Source of the DNA: Chthoniobacteraceae bacterium
GTDB taxonomy: Bacteria > Verrucomicrobiota > Verrucomicrobiia > Chthoniobacterales > Chthoniobacteraceae
Reading direction: 5' to 3'
NCBI GenBank assembly: GCA_031409335.1
Contig: JANNWY010000228.1
Coordinates: 1-42,341, forward strand
DNA: 42,341 nucleotides
Shown here: positions 37,388 to 42,341 of the stretch, piece after piece
Position numbering within the stretch: position 1 is the first letter of the stretch
Layout: each line of letters starts with the position of its first letter
Translations under genes and position numbers: made by a program
Notes under the pieces: model-generated
What the model was told of the DNA's origin: nothing
The model's input: the letters and a program-made list of their open reading frames with translations, nothing else
The model's database searches: none

Positions 37388-40201
37388 GTGCTTTCGCCGA
37401 AAACTCAATACAACCTCAAGAATGCCAAAGAGTATTTCGAGGAACATCTCTGCGTGGGTGACTACTACAGCGAAGGCGAGCGAATAGCGGGGCAGTGGAT
37501 CGGAAATGGCGCGGCTCTCCTCGGGCTCGGTGAACGGGTGAAGCGCGATGAGTTTATTCGCCTCTGTGAAAGTCTTCATCCGCAGACCGGTAAATTCCTG
37601 ACGCAACGACGGAAGACGATCCGCCGTGAATTGGATGAGGATGGAGACGAGCGAGAGATTGCGAATCGGCGCGTCTTTTACGACTTCACTTTTTCACCAC
37701 CGAAAGACGTTTCCATCCTCGCGCTTGTTGGAGCGGATCAGCGCATCACGACGGCACACGACCGGGCGGTGAAATGTGCGGTCGCCGAGTTGGAGCAGTT
37801 TGCCGCAACCCGAATCAGAAATGCGGGCGCGTATGCAGACCGATGCACGGCGAATGTAGTCGGCGCGATTTTTCGGCATGAAACTTCACGCGCCCTCGAC
37901 CCGCATCTGCACAGCCATTGCATCCTTTTCAATGCTACGCACGACGCCACGGAGAATCGTTGGAAGGCGTTGCAAAATTACGAAATGCTCAGGGCGCAAA
38001 AATACGTTGAGAACGTCTATTACCACGAGCTGGCCCGTGAACTCGGGAGGCTTGGCTACGGAATCGAGAATCAGGCGCGCGGCGATTTCATTATCCGCGG
38101 AGTTTCACCGGAACTCCGCGAGAGATTTTCCAAACGACATTTGGAAATCGACGAGAAGACGCGCGCACTGCTTGCGCGAGAACCGCACAAATCCACCGGC
38201 AACGTCGCGGAAATTCGCGAGCACATCGCGCACAATGAACGCTCGCGGAAAATCCGGGACATCGGCGCAGCGCGACTAAAGGAGCTTTGGAATGGTCAAT
38301 TAGCGGCAGGCGAGGGGCGGGCGCTTCAACGCATCGTTGCGACGGCACAAGGAACGCCGCACCCGCTCCAGCAAATGAGTGCCAACGAATCGTTGCAATG
38401 GGCGGAGGCACATTTGTTCGACCGAAAATCAGTCGTTCGTGAATACGAACTTTGGCGGCACGCGTTGGAGCATGGGCGCGGCTACGAACTGGATGTGTCG
38501 GAATTGAAGGAGGCCAGCGCGCGGCGCGATTACATCCGGGATGGCAACGAATTCCGCAAGGTGACGAGCCGCGAAATGCTGGCGCGCGAATGGGATGTTT
38601 TGCAGAGAGTGAAAGACGGGATTGGAAAACACGCGCCATTTGATTCCGGGCAGGGCATCCGAAATCCGGCGCTCGATTCCGAACAACGCGAAGCGGTGGA
38701 GAGGATTCTAAGCTCGCGCGATTTCGTGACGTTGTTTCGTGGTGGTGCAGGGACGGGCAAGAGTTTCGCGCTCCGTGAAGTGTTGCGTGGACTGCGCGAC
38801 TCCGGCCACTCGGTGCAGGTCATCGCGCCGCAGCGGCAGCAGGTGATTGATCTGCAACGTGACGGGTTCGAGCACGCTCAAACGGTGAGCGAATTTTTGA
38901 CGAGGGCGGATATGCAGTCGGGCACCGTGGTGATTCTCGATGAAGCCGGGCAGCTCGGAGCGAAGCAAATGCAGGCGCTTTTGCGGTTCATCGAAGAAAG
39001 TGGCGGACGGCTGATTGCCTCGGGCGACACGCGGCAGCATGGAGCCGTCGAGGCATCGGATGCGCTGCGAGCCATCGAAAAATACTCCGGGTTGCACGCG
39101 GCAGAATTGCACGAAATCCGGCGGCAAGACCCGCGTCGCGCGGAGACGCCGGGCGAGCGTGAGTTTATCGAGGCATACCGACGTGCGGTGAAGGACGCGG
39201 CGACGGGGGACATCGGCAGCGCCTTCGACCGCCTAAGCAAGCAAGGTGCAGTCGTGGAATGCACGCTGGCGAATCAGCAAGAAAAGCTCGCGGAGCATTA
39301 CCTCGATCTCATCAAGCGCGGACAATCGACAGTGGTTGTGTCGCAAACGTGGTCGGAAATCCACCGGGTCAATGAAGCCGTGCGGCAACGGCTGAAAGCA
39401 CATGGCTTCATTGGTTCGGATGAGCACGCCATCGTCGTGCTCGAACGCACCGACCTGACGGACGCGCAGAAGCGCGACAAGCGATTTCACGGCGTGGACA
39501 CGGTGCTCGTTTTCAACAGGAATTGCGGACGATTCCGCAAAGGCGATTCCGCCCGGCTCGTCGCGATTTCCGAACAGGGTTTGATCGTCGAGACAGCGGA
39601 GCGGGTGGGCACGATTCCGCTGCGCCACGTCGGTCACGTCACCGTTTGCCGTGAGCGGAAAATGGCGTTCGCATCTGGCGACCGGCTGCAACTGAAAGCC
39701 AACGCGCAGACGCGCGACGGTCGCCGCATTGCCAATGGCGAACTGGTCACGGTCGAGCGTGTCGAGGCCGATGGCCGCGTCGTGCTAAACGACGGGCGAA
39801 CGCTCGAAAACGACTACCGGCAATTCGTGCGTGGCTACGCCGTCACTTCCTACGCCTCGCAAGGCAAGACGGTGGATTACGTTCTCTTTTCCGACTCCAT
39901 GGTGAAAGCCGCGACCAATCGACAGCAATGGTATGTCACTATTTCACGCGGTCGAAAGGGCATCCGAATTTTCACGAGCGATGCGCGCCAACTGCGGGAA
40001 AATGCCGCGCGGTCGGGTGATCGCGAACTGGCGATGGACCTCCAACCGCAAGTGGTTGAGCCGCGTCCGCTGAATCGCGGACGCTTGCAGCGCGGCATTT
40101 CGCGTGGCCGTCAGCTCGCCGTGGATTTGTGGTGGCGGTTTAAGACGTTGACCCGGCGGCGAGTCGCACAAATCGCAACTCGCGAGGAAGTGTCGCTATG
40201 A
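37388..40201 (+). CDS. mobF: MobF family relaxase-helicase (TrwC/TraI-like)
   Basis: YF...GDYY, DFTFSPPKDVS, HETSRALDPHLHSH (HUH); RecD-like helicase GGAGTGKS, LDEAG, GDTRQH, YAVTSYASQGKTVD, YVTISRGR. Confidence 0.95.
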   Translation: MLSPKTQYNLKNAKEYFEEHLCVGDYYSEGERIAGQWIGNGAALLGLGERVKRDEFIRLCESLHPQTGKFLTQRRKTIRRELDEDGDEREIANRRVFYDFTFSPPKDVSILALVGADQRITTAHDRAVKCAVAELEQFAATRIRNAGAYADRCTANVVGAIFRHETSRALDPHLHSHCILFNATHDATENRWKALQNYEMLRAQKYVENVYYHELARELGRLGYGIENQARGDFIIRGVSPELRERFSKRHLEIDEKTRALLAREPHKSTGNVAEIREHIAHNERSRKIRDIGAARLKELWNGQLAAGEGRALQRIVATAQGTPHPLQQMSANESLQWAEAHLFDRKSVVREYELWRHALEHGRGYELDVSELKEASARRDYIRDGNEFRKVTSREMLAREWDVLQRVKDGIGKHAPFDSGQGIRNPALDSEQREAVERILSSRDFVTLFRGGAGTGKSFALREVLRGLRDSGHSVQVIAPQRQQVIDLQRDGFEHAQTVSEFLTRADMQSGTVVILDEAGQLGAKQMQALLRFIEESGGRLIASGDTRQHGAVEASDALRAIEKYSGLHAAELHEIRRQDPRRAETPGEREFIEAYRRAVKDAATGDIGSAFDRLSKQGAVVECTLANQQEKLAEHYLDLIKRGQSTVVVSQTWSEIHRVNEAVRQRLKAHGFIGSDEHAIVVLERTDLTDAQKRDKRFHGVDTVLVFNRNCGRFRKGDSARLVAISEQGLIVETAERVGTIPLRHVGHVTVCRERKMAFASGDRLQLKANAQTRDGRRIANGELVTVERVEADGRVVLNDGRTLENDYRQFVRGYAVTSYASQGKTVDYVLFSDSMVKAATNRQQWYVTISRGRKGIRIFTSDARQLRENAARSGDRELAMDLQPQVVEPRPLNRGRLQRGISRGRQLAVDLWWRFKTLTRRRVAQIATREEVSL

Positions 40202-40596
40202 AAAAGCGACAGACAAATCGGCGTGACACCAATGCAAATGAACCGCGTTCTGACGATACCAACTTCGAGGCATGGGAAAGCAATCCGCAAGCGCAGGCGC
40301 TGCGTGTCGATTTGCAAAGCGGCGCGTTCTTCGTCCTGCCATACAGCCACTTCGCGCTCGCGCATTTTGAGCGCGACGAGAATGGCGAATCTTTGCGCAT
40401 TGCCTTCACCACGCATGAGGTTCGCGTATCCGGGCGTCATCTGCGCGAACTCGGAATCGCCCTGCAAAAACTCGCGGTCGAGTGGATCAGGGAAGTGCCG
40501 CCGCGTTACGCCGCACTGGCTGAGAAAGGCCGTGCTTTCATCGAGCGCATTGAGGTCGCCGAAATCGAAGACGAAGAAAATGAGCCGCCTGATTGA
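40198..40596 (+). CDS. Hypothetical protein translationally coupled to the relaxase
   Basis: ATGA overlap with the relaxase stop; FVLPYSHF...V.GRHLREL..ALQ..AVEWI pattern. Confidence 0.75.
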   Translation: MKKRQTNRRDTNANEPRSDDTNFEAWESNPQAQALRVDLQSGAFFVLPYSHFALAHFERDENGESLRIAFTTHEVRVSGRHLRELGIALQKLAVEWIREVPPRYAALAEKGRAFIERIEVAEIEDEENEPPD

Positions 40597-40620
40597 ATGC
40601 GCTCGTTGTTCTGGCGGCGG

Positions 40621-40677
40621 CAACTCCCCCGGCGAGACCCGCTCACTCCAGCGGGTCGGCTCTAGCCGGGGGAGTTG
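40621..40677. terminator. Long GC-rich hairpin (terminator or REP-like)
   Basis: Perfect 13-bp outer stem CAACTCCCCCGGC/GCCGGGGGAGTTG plus inner 8-bp stem GACCCGCT/AGCGGGTC; no U-tract. Confidence 0.5.
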
Positions 40678-40772
40678 TGAAGAACTCGCAGAGTTATTCA
40701 AGCCGCCGGAAACAACTGCCTTCGCCGGAATGAAGTGCGAACCCGACGGCAAACTGCCACGCTAAGAAACCC

Positions 40773-41606
40773 ATGTATTACGAAGGTTCGTTGCGGATTC
40801 TGAAAACCGAATCGCTCTCCGCTGAAGAAGCGGAAGTCGAAGCGCGCTTTGCGGCGCTGGTGCAATCGCGTCTGGATGAAATCATCGCAGAATACGAAGC
40901 TCGGTTCGGCGGCGTCATCGACACGGATCGGGCGCGCGAATTTTCGCCCGACTACTGCGCGTCGAAGGCTTCGCGGACGCGATTTTCGCGCGCCGTCTAT
41001 CGGCCCGCAAAAGCGTTGGCGGATGAAATTTACCGGCGCGAAATCCGCAAAGGTGCGCCTGCGGAGCCGCGGCGTATTTTATTTACGAGCGGCGGCACTG
41101 GTGCGGGCAAAAGCACGACGCTGGGAATGCTCGCTGCCGGGTCGGAATCCCGCGATCCATACGACGTCCTCGTGGATGGCACGTTGTCGGACTACGCATC
41201 GGCAAGGGCGAAAATCCGGCAGGCGCTCGCCTTCGGTCACAACGTCGCAATCGTCCACGTCCACCGCGCGTTTGCCGAGGCGGTGCGGATGGTCGTGCGT
41301 CGCGCCATTGAGATGGGCCGGGCCGTGACCCTCGACAACATCGCGGCCACGCACTTTCGTTCGGCGGAAACGCTTTTCCAACTCGCCGATGAATTCGGCG
41401 CGCGGATCGGCATTCGTGTCGTCGAAAATTCCGGCGAGCAGCACACGCGCACCATTTCCATGGACGAACTCGCGGCCACGCAGGCCAGAAGCGTTGACCA
41501 ACTGTGCAAACTGGCGCACACTCTGCTCGCCAATGAATTCGACCGCATCAAAGCTGATCACCCCGAAATCCATGAAGCTCTCATCCAAAAAGGTTCCCGC
41601 CGCTAA
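40773..41606 (+). CDS. Zeta-toxin-like P-loop kinase
   Basis: ILFTSGGTGAGKST, LVDGTLS, V.R...AV...RRA...GRAV. Confidence 0.72.
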   Translation: MYYEGSLRILKTESLSAEEAEVEARFAALVQSRLDEIIAEYEARFGGVIDTDRAREFSPDYCASKASRTRFSRAVYRPAKALADEIYRREIRKGAPAEPRRILFTSGGTGAGKSTTLGMLAAGSESRDPYDVLVDGTLSDYASARAKIRQALAFGHNVAIVHVHRAFAEAVRMVVRRAIEMGRAVTLDNIAATHFRSAETLFQLADEFGARIGIRVVENSGEQHTRTISMDELAATQARSVDQLCKLAHTLLANEFDRIKADHPEIHEALIQKGSRR

Positions 41607-41733
41607 AGTCCAGCGACCTCCAGCACCGGCACGGGAAGATGGGGAAGATGCTCTCTTGGATCGCGCAGTGGAGCGCATGGTGGCCGGTCTGAATGAGGCC
41701 CGGCGCACCGGCAAGTTTCCGAAGGTTTATTGA
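41572..41733 (+). CDS. Small protein (53 aa) overlapping the zeta-like gene end, possible partner
   Basis: ATG 41572, MKLSSKK...DALLDRAVERMVAGLNEARRTGKFPKVY. Confidence 0.5.
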   Translation: MKLSSKKVPAAKVQRPPAPAREDGEDALLDRAVERMVAGLNEARRTGKFPKVY

Positions 41734-42341
41734 GCTTAGGCTCGCATCAATCATCCCGCCGGAAAGTCGCGGCGATTTGCGCCCGGATCGCGGCAAGTTC
41801 AGCCGGGTCGATTGGCGTCTGAGGCACCCGCTTCGCATACCAGCGGGCGGTGCGCTCACGACAATCCAAGCCGTCTTTGGCGAGCAGCGCAGCGGCCTTC
41901 AAAATCGTCGAGGACGCATTGAACAAAACGATTTTCGCGCTGCTCGCCGCCCGGTCCACCGCGAATCCATGACAGACGAAAAGCGCGTCCTCGTAGCACG
42001 AAATGATGCGGCGTTCCTCGTGCCCGTCGCGAAGCGCCCGAAAAGCATAGCTGTGCGCCGTGCGCCGACTGAACCGCACCTTGCAGTTGTCCCAATGGCA
42101 TCCGGCAAGCCGCACCTGCACCGCAAACGCCTTTCGTCGCAACGCCTGCGGCTTCGCCAATCGCTGTTCCCGACCGCGCCACAGCGCAACATCGCGCTTA
42201 GCGCCGTATAAATCTGACTGCTGTATTCCGTAGGAATCCTTGTTCAGTGGATTGTCACAGCCTTGGTGATTATCGGGTATTTTTGAACAGGGAAAACGGA
42301 CGTACCCATCTTGTTCCGACACGGGAGCAACAGGGGATTTG

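Larger units (their letters stand above)
9150..42341. mobile_element. Degenerate MOBF integrative conjugative/mobilisable element with cargo (right end not seen)
   Basis: MobF relaxase, T4CP, TraK/L/M-like genes, DUF932, pilin and methylase-helicase remnants, and shared non-coding motifs across the span. No integrase in window; left boundary inferred from the truncated ACT gene. Confidence 0.7.

Noticed and set aside
41865..41876. TCCAAGCCGTCT match to array units
   Set aside because: Single 12-bp match with no periodic neighbours; likely chance.
41747..42322. Minus-strand ORF with a faint MazF/PemK-like C-terminal helix
   Set aside because: No N-terminal PemK motifs or credible start; composition shifts within the ORF and the window ends.
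1..42341. tRNA, rRNA, integrase or transposase genes
   Set aside because: None recognised in the window.

Overview
GC-rich bacterial DNA, probably from a Verrucomicrobiota/PVC organism. This is inferred from the sulfatases, DUF6288- and DUF2341-type exported proteins and a Rhodopirellula/Verrucomicrobium-type ECF sigma factor. Bases 1-9130 are host genes: a ceramidase-like membrane protein, two sulfatases, two large exported proteins and a truncated ACT-domain gene. From about 9150 to the end, the window looks like a decaying MOBF integrative conjugative or mobilisable element. Its apparently intact parts are a MobF relaxase, a candidate oriT, TraK/TraL/TraM (StbABC)-like genes, a coupling protein and a DUF932 gene cluster. 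Its broken parts are a methylase-helicase remnant, a truncated pilin-like gene, and a ClpB-like ATPase with a nonsense codon and a MITE insertion. Two cargo blocks are present. The first (~10785-20940) holds an ART-fold gene with a small partner, an ECF sigma/anti-sigma/1789-aa secreted lipase operon, a dead HepT gene and a 14-unit 21-bp array. The second (26724-33954) is a candidate defence locus: an EACC1-like protein, a HExxH metallopeptidase and a divergent frameshifted nuclease-STAND NTPase. Non-coding structure includes a covarying hairpin motif in three copies, a palindromic operator in three copies and duplicated gene leaders. All family assignments come from motif recognition; no database searches were run.
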